59,091 bases of DNA from a virus. Its lineage: Duplodnaviria > Caudoviricetes. The DNA lies in the IMG/VR virus record IMGVR_UViG_3300035673_000004, positions 1 to 59,091 of that record. One strand, written 5' to 3'. The notes beneath the pieces were generated by a model, which had not been told where the DNA came from, did no database searches, and was given only the letters and a program-made list of their open reading frames with translations. The position numbers and the translations under genes are program-made. Positions 18,506 through 27,550 of this stretch are shown here, one piece after another; the first letter of the stretch is position 1; the number at the start of each line of letters is the position of its first letter.

Positions 18506-18617
18506 AATCCAAAGCGCGTTTCGTAACCGCGTCTCGTTTCGTAAATCCACCCCCGCATCACACGCACGATATCCCATCGTTTGCGTTGGGGGAGTTCAAA
18601 CCACAAGGGCAGGGACC

Positions 18618-19190
18618 ATGCATAGTTCTGCAATTCATGACCCGTATGCTGGCGTGACCGCTGCGCAAATATCAGCGAACGCAGCTCACAACAAGCGCCG
18701 CGCGGCTATAGCGGCAAGGGCGGTCTCTGAAGGCTTCCCGCGCGCTCTATCCTTTACCATTCCAAACGCACCGTTCGGCGTTCCGAAAATCAGGCCATAC
18801 ACGGTAACGGCACCGAAGCCGGTATTCATTTATCGGATGTGGTTCGATGATCTTGTCGACGACGCGATGAGGGCGATCAGGCCAAGTCGCGCGATCCAGG
18901 TCAAAGATATCCAGGCCGTTTGCGCTGGTCATTATCGCGTCAAGCGCGCTGATATTACGGGGCCGCGCAGAACCGCAAATATGGTGCGTCCGCGACAGGT
19001 CGCGATGTGTTTATCGAAAACAATGATCGGAAAGTCGTTACCGGAGATCGGTCGATTGTTCGGAGGCCGTGACCACACCACTGCGCTGCATGCCGTCCGG
19101 AAGATCAGCGCGCTTGCTGAGCGCGACCCGGCCCTTGCAGCCGAGATTGATAAAATCAAAGCCTCGATTGCCGAGAGGGTCAGAACATGA
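18618..19190 (+). CDS. Protein with DnaA domain IV (Bac_DnaA_C) HTH
   Basis: RRTANMVRPRQVAMCLSK...SLPEIGRLFGGRDHTTALHAVRKI; no AAA+ domain. Confidence 0.9.
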   Translation: MHSSAIHDPYAGVTAAQISANAAHNKRRAAIAARAVSEGFPRALSFTIPNAPFGVPKIRPYTVTAPKPVFIYRMWFDDLVDDAMRAIRPSRAIQVKDIQAVCAGHYRVKRADITGPRRTANMVRPRQVAMCLSKTMIGKSLPEIGRLFGGRDHTTALHAVRKISALAERDPALAAEIDKIKASIAERVRT

Positions 19191-19432
19191 AAGGCACGCG
19201 GCTCACATTCGAGCAGAAGCGCCACCTTCTGCATGTCTATTTGACGCAAGGGTTCACGGCGGCGTCTCCGATCGCGATTCGATACGGCATCTCGCCGAAG
19301 TCGGTTTCGAAATACGCAAAGGCCGCTGGACACAAAGGCAAGCGCGGGCGCGAGATCGGCGTTCATCGCGGCGGCGGGCACAACGATCCGAGGTGGGCGA
19401 AGGCGATTGAAAGAGGCGCGGTGGCCGCATGA
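19187..19432 (+). CDS. Small HTH protein
   Basis: IAIRYGISPKSVSKYAK. Confidence 0.6.
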   Translation: MKGTRLTFEQKRHLLHVYLTQGFTAASPIAIRYGISPKSVSKYAKAAGHKGKRGREIGVHRGGGHNDPRWAKAIERGAVAA

Positions 19433-19854
19433 AGAATCGCTGGACCGAAGAAAAAATCGCACTGCTTCGCGCGCTCGCTCCTACTGGAATGTTCGCGGCT
19501 GACATCGGGATTGAGCTTGGTTTCACGCAGGCTGGCGTTATCAACGTCGCGGCGCGGAATGGAATCGCAATCATCAAATACTCGCCAGCAGAACAGGCGA
19601 GATACGATGAGAGCGCCAGAGTGCAGGCGGCCAGGCGCGCAGCACGCAAGAAGACGCGAAACAAAGAGGCGAAAATCGCGCACCGGAAACAGGCGTTCTG
19701 TCAACCCGAATCGCCAGAGCCGGCCCTTTCGCGTTCCGGACTGACGCTGCCAGAACTTCGCAAGCTGCACCCAATCAAAATCGAAATGACCAAAGGTGAG
19801 CTGCGGGCGTTTCTCGCGCAAGCCGTCCGTAACACTGCGGGGGCCTCACTCTGA
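19429..19854 (+). CDS. Protein with GcrA-like N-terminal domain
   Basis: WTEEKIALLRAL...GMFAADIGIELGFTQAGVINVAARNGI. Confidence 0.65.
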   Translation: MKNRWTEEKIALLRALAPTGMFAADIGIELGFTQAGVINVAARNGIAIIKYSPAEQARYDESARVQAARRAARKKTRNKEAKIAHRKQAFCQPESPEPALSRSGLTLPELRKLHPIKIEMTKGELRAFLAQAVRNTAGASL

Positions 19855-19892
19855 TGCACTCCACTACCTCACTCTTGGACTGGATTTAGTTG

Positions 19893-21134
19893 ATGGCTGG
19901 AAAGTCCAATATCGAATGGACGGGACACACCTGGAATCCGATCGCGGGTTGCAGCGTGAAGTCAACTGGTTGCAAGCACTGCTACGCGATGCCGATGGCG
20001 GCAAGGCTGGAGGCGATGGGGCAGGCGCTCTATGCGGGGCTAACGACGTCGTCTAAGGCAGGTCCAGTGTTCAACGGGACCGTGCGACGAGCCGCTGAGC
20101 ATGTTTTGCTCGCGCCCCTCAAGCGCAAAGTGCCGACGGTCTATTTCGTCAACTCAATGTCCGATCTTTTCCATGAGAATGTACCGGACGAATGGATTGA
20201 TCGCATCTTCGCCGTCATGGCGCTGTGCCCGCAGCATACGTTCCAGGTGCTAACGAAACGCGCGGCGCGGATGCGGGATTATATGACCAAGCCGCACGCG
20301 CCCGGCAGATTTATAACGATTGCCGATGACGGATCGCGTAGCGATACGCCGAGCGCACAAGTTAGAGCGCACTCGGCCATGTGCGACATCATGCCGAAAG
20401 CGCCAGCCCGCGCACTTAATGAAGCTTGCGCTTGGCAAGACACGCATTACCCGGGCGGCGATGGCTTCATGCGCCAGTGGCCCCTTCCCAACGTTTGGCT
20501 CGGCGTCTCGACCGAGCGCCAGCAGGAAGCCGACGAGCGGATTCGCCCTCTACTGGATACGCCGGCGGCCGTGCGCTTCATTTCGGCCGAGCCGCTACTT
20601 GGACCGATCGATCTAAGTCATCTTTGCATATTGCCACAGAAATCGGGAAGCGTCCGCGCTGGCATCCACATCAACGCCTTGCAAGGCAGGTACTGCGAAA
20701 GCGGCGTCGCCTATACGGGTGATTGGGATATCAACGGCCCGTCGCCGCCGGTTAGCGAGCGCAGGAAACTCGATTGGGTGATCGTTGGAGGCGAGAGCGG
20801 TCCTGATGCGCGCCCGATGCATCCGGATTGGGCGCGGTCTCTGCGCGATCAGTGCGACGCTGCTGGCGTCAAGCATTTCTTCAAGCAATGGGGACGATGG
20901 TCTCCGACGCATCCGGATTATCCAGAGGTCGTCCCGCATGCCGTAGCGAATGATGGCACGGTCTATTTCTCGCCAGACATCGCGTATCCCGATGGCCCGC
21001 GATACGGCGAGGCAGTGCGCGCGGGGCACGACAAAGCGCACCTGACATCAATGTATCCGATCGGCAAGGCTAAGGCGGGACGGCTGCTCGATGGCATCGA
21101 GCATAACGGCTTTCCTGAATTGGTGCGGGCATGA
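19893..21134 (+). CDS. DUF5131 / phage Gp37-Gp68 family protein
   Basis: SNIEWT..TWNPIAGCSVKSTGCKHCYA; FVNSMSDLFH; ISAEPLLG; WVIVGGESG; FFKQWG. Confidence 0.93.
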   Translation: MAGKSNIEWTGHTWNPIAGCSVKSTGCKHCYAMPMAARLEAMGQALYAGLTTSSKAGPVFNGTVRRAAEHVLLAPLKRKVPTVYFVNSMSDLFHENVPDEWIDRIFAVMALCPQHTFQVLTKRAARMRDYMTKPHAPGRFITIADDGSRSDTPSAQVRAHSAMCDIMPKAPARALNEACAWQDTHYPGGDGFMRQWPLPNVWLGVSTERQQEADERIRPLLDTPAAVRFISAEPLLGPIDLSHLCILPQKSGSVRAGIHINALQGRYCESGVAYTGDWDINGPSPPVSERRKLDWVIVGGESGPDARPMHPDWARSLRDQCDAAGVKHFFKQWGRWSPTHPDYPEVVPHAVANDGTVYFSPDIAYPDGPRYGEAVRAGHDKAHLTSMYPIGKAKAGRLLDGIEHNGFPELVRA

Positions 21135-21520
21135 GCACCGCAGACAAAGAGTACATCAAGCGCTACGCGAAGCGCGGCTCGTTTGAAATGGCGATGGATA
21201 AACCTCCCCGCTATGAATCGACGGCTTGCTATCTCGTGGGAGCAATTGCGCTGGTCCGCGAAGATCGCGAGTGGAAGCTTTCGCACGTCGGAACTGGCAT
21301 GGGTATGCCCGGCGTATTCGGGCGAACTCTTATCGAAGGTGTCCGCGTTGCTCGGTCCATCGACTCTTGCATTCCTTGGGCTGAGATAACCCGCACAAAA
21401 ACTGTTGGTGTCGTCGGGGGTCTTACTAAAGAACGAAAGCAAGCCATTCATGCGATGGCGCTCAGCTTCCGTCACATCTCGGAGCGTGCTTCTGCGATTC
21501 ATAGATCGGTGCCCGCATGA
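21131..21520 (+). CDS. Phage hypothetical protein
   Basis: Coupled ORF. Confidence 0.6.
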   Translation: MSTADKEYIKRYAKRGSFEMAMDKPPRYESTACYLVGAIALVREDREWKLSHVGTGMGMPGVFGRTLIEGVRVARSIDSCIPWAEITRTKTVGVVGGLTKERKQAIHAMALSFRHISERASAIHRSVPA

Positions 21521-21810
21521 GCACCCCCAACCATCGCAGTACGTCATCCGGCCGCCACGCAATGAACGATCTGGAATGGAAAGCGTCGCGAGAGTTTAGC
21601 CTTACGCCGGGCGAGGCGCGGACTTTCCTTCTCCTGAAGGAGTCCGAAAACTATTGCCCAAGTCGCCTTATCCACGCCGACTCCAATACTCGAAAGGTTT
21701 TGATTTCCAATCTTCGGCGGAAGCTTGAGCGCCGTTTCGATATCCAGAATATCCGAGGCCGTGGCTATTTAATGGAAGCCAGAATCGAAGCGTCGGGAGG
21801 CGGCGGGTGA
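21517..21810 (+). CDS. Stand-alone OmpR/PhoB-type winged-helix DNA-binding domain
   Basis: LTPGEARTFLLL...KVLISNLRRKL...IQNIRGRGYLM; no receiver domain. Confidence 0.75.
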   Translation: MSTPNHRSTSSGRHAMNDLEWKASREFSLTPGEARTFLLLKESENYCPSRLIHADSNTRKVLISNLRRKLERRFDIQNIRGRGYLMEARIEASGGGG

Positions 21811-23516
21811 GCGGTGACTTCCGAACCACGTTTCTTGACGGTCGCGTTACGATGCTTCTCGGCGACGTGCGAGCAATGCTCAAGACTTTGCCGGACGATC
21901 ATTTTGATTGTGTGGTGACGAGTCCGCCTTATTGGGGTTTGAGAAATTACGGAACCGGAAAATGGGAAGGCGGCAATCCCGATTGTGAGCATAAGCGCGT
22001 CGGGACTGAGCGCACGCCTTGGGCTAATGGCGTCAAGGGTCCGGGCAATCCCGGTAAGAACGGCACCACCTACGCGAACTTGACAAAGGTTGTCGGCGGG
22101 CACTGCGCAAACTGCGAGGCCATCTATTGCGATTCACAAATCGGCATGGAGACGACGCTCGCTGAACACATAGCGGTTATGGTCGATGTATTTCGGGAGG
22201 TTCGTCGGACGCTTAAGCCTACAGGCGTTTGCTGGATCAATTACGGCGACTGCTACGCCACGGCTCCGAATGGTCGCAGCGCGGCCGATACAAAAGCGAC
22301 CGGCAATGATGACCGCACGTTCCGCGACAAGCCGTTTTCAACGGTTGGCCCAATCTTCGTTCCTGATTACGAGGCGGGTGACCGCCGGGGCGCGTCAGGG
22401 AACAAGGGTCCCGCGGGGCAGGCGAGTCAGAACGGACGTGTTGCCTCGGGCGGTTATCTCAAAGCCAAAGACCTTTGCATGGTTCCGGAGCGGTTGTTTA
22501 TCGCGCTCCAGGATGACGGGTGGTGGATTCGCTCTAAGCTGCCATGGGTCAAGCGCAACGGGATGCCTGAGTCGATTACTGACCGGCCAGCGAATTCGCT
22601 TGAGCAAATTGCCATGCTCACGAAGTCCGAACGCTACTGGTACGACGCGGGCTCAATCCGCAAAGCCGCATCGCCGTCGACGAACTCACGAGTTGCACAG
22701 AATGTTGCCGCGCAAGTCGGTTCAACCCGCGCAAGTGGAGGCAAAAAAACTAACGGGACAATGAAAGCCGTTATCCGCAAGCCTGGGGTTGGGCCGAAGT
22801 CGGTAGAGGATGGCAGGAATATCAAGGCCAACCATTCGTTTCATGGGAGCACGAACGAGGTGCTTCATGATCGAAACTTCCGAAATACTGATCTTTTCTT
22901 TTCGTCAATCGGAATTCCGCACGGGCTTATCTCTGACGCTGACGGCACGCCGTTGGCGATCGACGCCAACCCCCAAGGATTCAGCGAGGCCCATTTCGCC
23001 ACGTTCCCGATTGCACTGATCGAGCCGCTGATAAAGGCCGGAACGTCGGAATCTGGTAATTGTCCGTACTGCGGCTCGCCCTGGTCTCGTGTATCCGAGC
23101 GGGAGCAAGTCAGCCTTCGTCCGAAGAGCGATTCCATCAGGGGCCACTCGCCATCACACTCGCGAATGATCGGTAGTAATCCGCAGCGCGGGTCGGTTGC
23201 TTGTAATGTCGTAACGCTTGGCTTCGCACCGTCGTGCGATTGCCCAGAACACGAACCAGAACCCGCGCGCGTTCTAGATCCTTTCGGCGGAGCGGGGACC
23301 ACGGCTCTTGTTTCGGCAACGCTCGGCCGCGAATGCACGCTGATCGAACTCAACCCCGAATACGCGACTCTCGCCCGCGCTCGCATCGAGGCCGCCTTCA
23401 TGGGTAAGGAAGAGGGCTCGCGTCACATGGTCAAGCAACTCGGCAAAGACAAATTGCCGTTTGAGCCCGGCTCGCTCTTCGCTGATCTCGACTCATCCGC
23501 CGAGGCCGCAGAATGA
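21807..23516 (+). CDS. Beta-class N4/N6 DNA methyltransferase with insertions
   Basis: VTSPPYWG; HFATFP; VLDPFGGAGTT; IELNPEY. Confidence 0.93.
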   Translation: MSGDFRTTFLDGRVTMLLGDVRAMLKTLPDDHFDCVVTSPPYWGLRNYGTGKWEGGNPDCEHKRVGTERTPWANGVKGPGNPGKNGTTYANLTKVVGGHCANCEAIYCDSQIGMETTLAEHIAVMVDVFREVRRTLKPTGVCWINYGDCYATAPNGRSAADTKATGNDDRTFRDKPFSTVGPIFVPDYEAGDRRGASGNKGPAGQASQNGRVASGGYLKAKDLCMVPERLFIALQDDGWWIRSKLPWVKRNGMPESITDRPANSLEQIAMLTKSERYWYDAGSIRKAASPSTNSRVAQNVAAQVGSTRASGGKKTNGTMKAVIRKPGVGPKSVEDGRNIKANHSFHGSTNEVLHDRNFRNTDLFFSSIGIPHGLISDADGTPLAIDANPQGFSEAHFATFPIALIEPLIKAGTSESGNCPYCGSPWSRVSEREQVSLRPKSDSIRGHSPSHSRMIGSNPQRGSVACNVVTLGFAPSCDCPEHEPEPARVLDPFGGAGTTALVSATLGRECTLIELNPEYATLARARIEAAFMGKEEGSRHMVKQLGKDKLPFEPGSLFADLDSSAEAAE

Positions 23517-24274
23517 CGATGGGATCGCATCAAACGTCGATCGGGAAGAACGACTCGCGGTTCACGCCGCGTTATGTGTTCGAACCGCTTGGGCCGTTCC
23601 CGACCGATGCAGCGACGGGCAAAATCCGTCCGTGGAACATCGGGACCGAACGCAACATCACGGTAGAGCAAGACACACTAACGATGGACTGGCGCGAGTT
23701 CGGCCGCACCTGGTTGAACCCGCCGTTCAATCGTTTCGGCGTTGGATTGTTTGTGCGCAAGATGTGCGAGCACAACCACGGCACTCTGCTTTTACACGTC
23801 CGCACGGAAACTGAATGGTTCAAGCCGATTTGGGATAGCGCGTCTGCGCTCTTCTTCCTCTCAGGCCGTGTGATCTTCTGCAATGAAGATGGAACGCCGT
23901 GCAAGATTGAGAACCCGAACGCGAAGCACTTCGGAAAGTCGGCAAACAGCGGAGCGCCCGTCGTTCTGTGCGCCTTTGGTGAATTTGATTCTGATGTACT
24001 TGCGGCTCAGTCGCGCGACTTCGGCGAATTCGTACCGCGGATTTTCCAGCGCGGCGTTCTCGTCATGCCGCTGCCGGATGATCAAAGCTGGCGCGTGACG
24101 ATCAACGAATGGCTACAGCGTCAGAGCGGGCCGGTTCGCGTCTCCGATCTGTACCGGGTGTTTCAGGGACATCCTAAAGCGAAGTGCTCGCCCTACTGGC
24201 GGGAACAAATCCGCAAGGTGCTGCAGCTCGGAGCAGGCAAAAGCATCGGCCACGATCAATGGGTGGCGGCGTGA
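23513..24274 (+). CDS. Phage Dam-like N6-adenine methyltransferase with C-terminal extension
   Basis: FTPRYVFEPLGPFPTD; WLNPPF; RTETEWF; GRVIF. Confidence 0.85.
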   Translation: MTMGSHQTSIGKNDSRFTPRYVFEPLGPFPTDAATGKIRPWNIGTERNITVEQDTLTMDWREFGRTWLNPPFNRFGVGLFVRKMCEHNHGTLLLHVRTETEWFKPIWDSASALFFLSGRVIFCNEDGTPCKIENPNAKHFGKSANSGAPVVLCAFGEFDSDVLAAQSRDFGEFVPRIFQRGVLVMPLPDDQSWRVTINEWLQRQSGPVRVSDLYRVFQGHPKAKCSPYWREQIRKVLQLGAGKSIGHDQWVAA

Positions 24275-24302
24275 AAATTCACCAAAACAATTTCGGGAGT
24301 CG

Positions 24303-25133
24303 ATGATGCAACTTCGTGACATCGGAACCAAGAGCGACTTCTACAAGATCGACCCGCGCAAACTCCAGGTCGATCCCGGATACAACATTCGCGACCTCGA
24401 AACGCCGGACGCGAAAGCGAAGCTGCTCGATCTTGCGCGCTCGATCGCCAGCGAAGGTGTGAAGCAGCCGCTCGTTGTCCGCCTTAAGGGCGATGATGTT
24501 TTCGTGGTGGCCGGGCATCGGCGCCGCGCCGCGACGTTGATCGCTATCGATGAACTCGGGGCGGAGATCGCCGCCATCCCGTGCATCGCAGAGCCGAAAG
24601 GCACAAGCGAAGCGGATCGTTGCGCCGACCTGATTACGTCGAATTCGGGTGAGCCGTTGACGCCGCTGGAAATCGCCGCGGTCGTGAAGCGCCTCACCGG
24701 ATTCGGATGGGAGCCGGAGAACATCGCAAAGCGTCTCGGCTGGGCTTCGAAGCAGACGGTTGAAAATTACCTGACGTTGCTCTCCGCACCGCAAGACGTG
24801 CAGGACATGGTGCGCAAGGGCGAGTTGTCAGCGACAACCGCGCTCATGGGAGTGCGCCAGCATGGCGCTGAAGTAAGCGAAGTCATCGCCAAAGCAAAAC
24901 GCCAGGCCAACAGCGAAGGCAAATCCCGCGTCACCACGGCTCACGTAAAAGCATCGACGGGGGAATTCCAGGCGAGCGCCGGCAATATCAAAGTGATGAT
25001 CGGCGCATTGGAGCTGATCGCGAAAGACGGTGACGGCGATGCCGCAGAAATCGCACGCGATGCGCTGGAGAAAATCGGAGTCCTGAAGAAACCGAACGGC
25101 GCGGCGGCCGGTCACAGGGTGGTGGCGGAATAG
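24303..25133 (+). CDS. ParB/Srx-like protein with HTH
   Basis: GYNIR...LARSIASEGVKQPLVV...VVAGHRRRAA...LTPLE...IAKRLG. Confidence 0.88.
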   Translation: MMQLRDIGTKSDFYKIDPRKLQVDPGYNIRDLETPDAKAKLLDLARSIASEGVKQPLVVRLKGDDVFVVAGHRRRAATLIAIDELGAEIAAIPCIAEPKGTSEADRCADLITSNSGEPLTPLEIAAVVKRLTGFGWEPENIAKRLGWASKQTVENYLTLLSAPQDVQDMVRKGELSATTALMGVRQHGAEVSEVIAKAKRQANSEGKSRVTTAHVKASTGEFQASAGNIKVMIGALELIAKDGDGDAAEIARDALEKIGVLKKPNGAAAGHRVVAE

Positions 25134-25439
25134 ATGCGAACACCCCTTCCGAATCGGCGGATGCACGAGACGGTCCGTTTCGAGCATTGGGGCTTGCCCT
25201 ACATTGCGGGGATCGGCCGCGCGCACAACGCCGCGCCGATTTCGGAAGTGTTCATCAACTGCGGCAAGACGGGAATGCAGGCGGAAACTCTAGCCCGCGA
25301 TTCGGCGGTGCTTCTTAGTCTGGCGCTACAGTATGGCGTGCCGTTAGCGACAATCGCGCATGCGTTGACGCGGAACGCTGACGGTTCGCCATCAGGCCCG
25401 ATCGGCGCGCTCTGCGATCTCATGGGAGCGTCATCGTGA
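25134..25439 (+). CDS. Stand-alone TSCPD-like domain (class II RNR C-terminal fragment family)
   Basis: RTPLPNRR...EVFIN..K......ARDSAVLLSLALQYGVPL. Confidence 0.7.
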   Translation: MRTPLPNRRMHETVRFEHWGLPYIAGIGRAHNAAPISEVFINCGKTGMQAETLARDSAVLLSLALQYGVPLATIAHALTRNADGSPSGPIGALCDLMGASS

Positions 25440-25648
25440 GCGAAGCTGTCAACCATCCCGCGCACTACAACGCGCACCCGTCAGGCGTCGAGTGCATCAC
25501 CGTCACGGAGCATATGAACTTCAATCTCGGCAATGCTGTGAAGTACATCTGGCGCGTCGGGCTGAAGTCCGAAGACCCGGTCGTCGATCTAGAAAAGGCC
25601 CGCTGGTACATCGATCGCGAAATCTCGCGACTGCGAGGCACGCCATGA
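25436..25648 (+). CDS. DUF3310 family protein
   Basis: VNHPAHY...ECI...FNLGNAVKYIWR.G.K....DLEKARWYIDRE. Confidence 0.92.
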   Translation: MSEAVNHPAHYNAHPSGVECITVTEHMNFNLGNAVKYIWRVGLKSEDPVVDLEKARWYIDREISRLRGTP

Positions 25649-26013
25649 AGTTTCAACAGCGCGTTCTCGAATGGGCTATGGCCTGCTTTTCCATGGAAGT
25701 ATGCCGGGACCGCCAAGAGCGAAATCACCGCTTCCTGGAAGAGTCGCTGGAGTTGGTTCAAGCGCTCGGCTGCACCTGTAGCGAGGCTCACCAGCTCGTG
25801 GATTACGTCTTCGGCAGGCCCGTAGGCGAGCCCGCGCAAGAGCTCGGTGGCGTCATGGTCACCGTCGCCGCACTGTGCTTCCCAAATGACCTGGACATGG
25901 AGGCGGCGGGAGAAAGGGAACTGGCCCGTTGCTGGACCAAGATTGAGGCCATCCGGACCAAACAGGCCGCGAAGCCAAAGCATTCGCCTTTACCGGAGGC
26001 AAAATCCGCATGA
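25645..26013 (+). CDS. MazG-like nucleotide pyrophosphohydrolase fold protein
   Basis: RFLEESLELVQ...QELGGV; ATG 25645 coupled. Confidence 0.65.
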   Translation: MKFQQRVLEWAMACFSMEVCRDRQERNHRFLEESLELVQALGCTCSEAHQLVDYVFGRPVGEPAQELGGVMVTVAALCFPNDLDMEAAGERELARCWTKIEAIRTKQAAKPKHSPLPEAKSA

Positions 26014-26240
26014 CCGGAGTAACCGCAAAAATCGCAGCGCGCCGGGAACGGGCGCAGGAAGCCAAAGACCGCGCGGCCGTCGAGTCCGTCAGGCTCGGGC
26101 CCGAGTCGCTCGCGCCTGCAGTTCCTGACGCCGAAGTAATCGAGATAGCGCGGGCTGCGGCTGTTTTGGGGCATGAGACAAACGACGCGTTTTACACACG
26201 CGAAACAAACGACGCGTTTGGTAATTCCGATGGGCTATGA
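26010..26240 (+). CDS. Phage hypothetical protein
   Basis: GGAGG RBS, ATGA coupling. Confidence 0.55.
   Translation: MTGVTAKIAARRERAQEAKDRAAVESVRLGPESLAPAVPDAEVIEIARAAAVLGHETNDAFYTRETNDAFGNSDGL
26178..26219. repeat. 15-bp direct repeat ACAAACGACGCGTTT x2, 27-bp period
   Basis: Copies at 26178-26192 and 26205-26219. Confidence 0.85.
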
Positions 26241-26442
26241 AAGCTACACCACGGCCCGTCGCCAAGGGACGCGCGCTGGCGTGGCTCCCGGCTCCGTGCG
26301 GCTGTGCGTCACCATCAAGGAAGACGTGTTCCTGGCCCTGCGGGAGCGGGCTGTAGCGAGCACTCACACGCTGTCGGGCGAAGCGGCTGACATTCTGACG
26401 CGCGAACTCATTTCGGCCGGAGAGGACACTCATGGCTTATGA
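26230..26442 (+). CDS. Ribbon-helix-helix-like protein
   Basis: VRLCVTIKEDVFLALRERA....TLSGEAADIL. Confidence 0.6.
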   Translation: MGYESYTTARRQGTRAGVAPGSVRLCVTIKEDVFLALRERAVASTHTLSGEAADILTRELISAGEDTHGL

Positions 26443-26644
26443 ATTTCCCCTTTATCTTATGACCGAAGACGGCAAATCCAAATTCATGCCGCTTCGCCAA
26501 GCTGGAGCGCTGGCGGACTCGATGTTTAGTCGCGTCGAAATTGGGAAACTTGTTCTAGAGTCCGACTTTTCGGTGCGAAAAATAACCGACAGAGAGCATA
26601 GCCAGATAGTCGAAATCGCGGATCGACACAGCGATAGCAAATGA
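26432..26644 (+). CDS. Phage hypothetical protein
   Basis: GAGGA RBS. Confidence 0.65.
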   Translation: MAYEFPLYLMTEDGKSKFMPLRQAGALADSMFSRVEIGKLVLESDFSVRKITDREHSQIVEIADRHSDSK

Positions 26645-27198
26645 ACACGATCACCAAACCCGCCACCGAATCCAACATGCGCGACATCAAGGCTGAAATC
26701 GCGACGCTGATTGCGGACTTTTCCCCGCCGTCGTCACGCGTCGAGACCGTCGCCGGAACTTTGATGATCGACGAAGACGAAGCCCGAGAATTTAATTGCA
26801 CGGGGACGGCGGTTGGCGCGGAAGCGGGAGGGTGTGGGGTCGTGATCGAACTGAATTGGAAATATCGCGAGACGCAAGACAGTGAATTCGCAGACGCGAA
26901 GCACAAGTGTTTTTCGATTCAAGTACAGGATTGCGACGGCGATATGTCGCGCTGGCACATCAAGCGCGGCGATCAATACGTTGCGGTTGGCGAGGAACGC
27001 AGCGTTGGCGAGATTTACCATATGAACCACGCCATTGCGACGGCGATCATGGTGCTAGGCTATTTGGTCAAGGCCGTCGATCTGAATGACTTTGTAAAAA
27101 ACGACCTACCGCGCATTGAGGATGGAACGCATCCATTTTGCTTCGACACCCGAAAGCGCCACACTCCGCAACGGGCGGGAGGGTTAAATGAGGACTAG
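26641..27198 (+). CDS. Phage hypothetical protein
   Basis: Coupled ORF. Confidence 0.7.
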   Translation: MNTITKPATESNMRDIKAEIATLIADFSPPSSRVETVAGTLMIDEDEAREFNCTGTAVGAEAGGCGVVIELNWKYRETQDSEFADAKHKCFSIQVQDCDGDMSRWHIKRGDQYVAVGEERSVGEIYHMNHAIATAIMVLGYLVKAVDLNDFVKNDLPRIEDGTHPFCFDTRKRHTPQRAGGLNED

Positions 27199-27547
27199 GG
27201 CCGGACGAATAGAGCGCCTCTCGCCAGAGCCAACTAACTATGTTGGGCTTGTGGATGCCGAGCATTTGCGCTGGCACATTTGGAGCATCTATTGCCGTGA
27301 TCGGTGCCTTTCGCACGATCAGATCGGGCGGGAGTTCGGCCTTTCCACCGATTTCGTTGGGATGGTGTTGAAAGGCTCGCGCGAGCCGTCGCAAGCATTT
27401 CTGGATGCCTTTGGCTTCGAAAGGGTCACACTCTACAGACTGAAATCTGTCACTTGGCGCAACTGCTTCTTTTATGGCGCAGGCCGCTGCGACATCACGC
27501 CAGCGGACCAGCGCTGCCAAGGCTGCCCTTGCGACGAGGAGGCTTGA
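27188..27547 (+). CDS. XRE-like HTH protein
   Basis: SHDQIGREFGLSTDFVGMVLKGSREP. Confidence 0.65.
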   Translation: MRTRAGRIERLSPEPTNYVGLVDAEHLRWHIWSIYCRDRCLSHDQIGREFGLSTDFVGMVLKGSREPSQAFLDAFGFERVTLYRLKSVTWRNCFFYGAGRCDITPADQRCQGCPCDEEA

Positions 27548-27550
27548 GCC

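Noticed and set aside
18517-18544. CGTTTCGTAA repeated twice upstream of the DnaA-domain gene
   Set aside because: Only two short copies and not DnaA boxes; no function supportable
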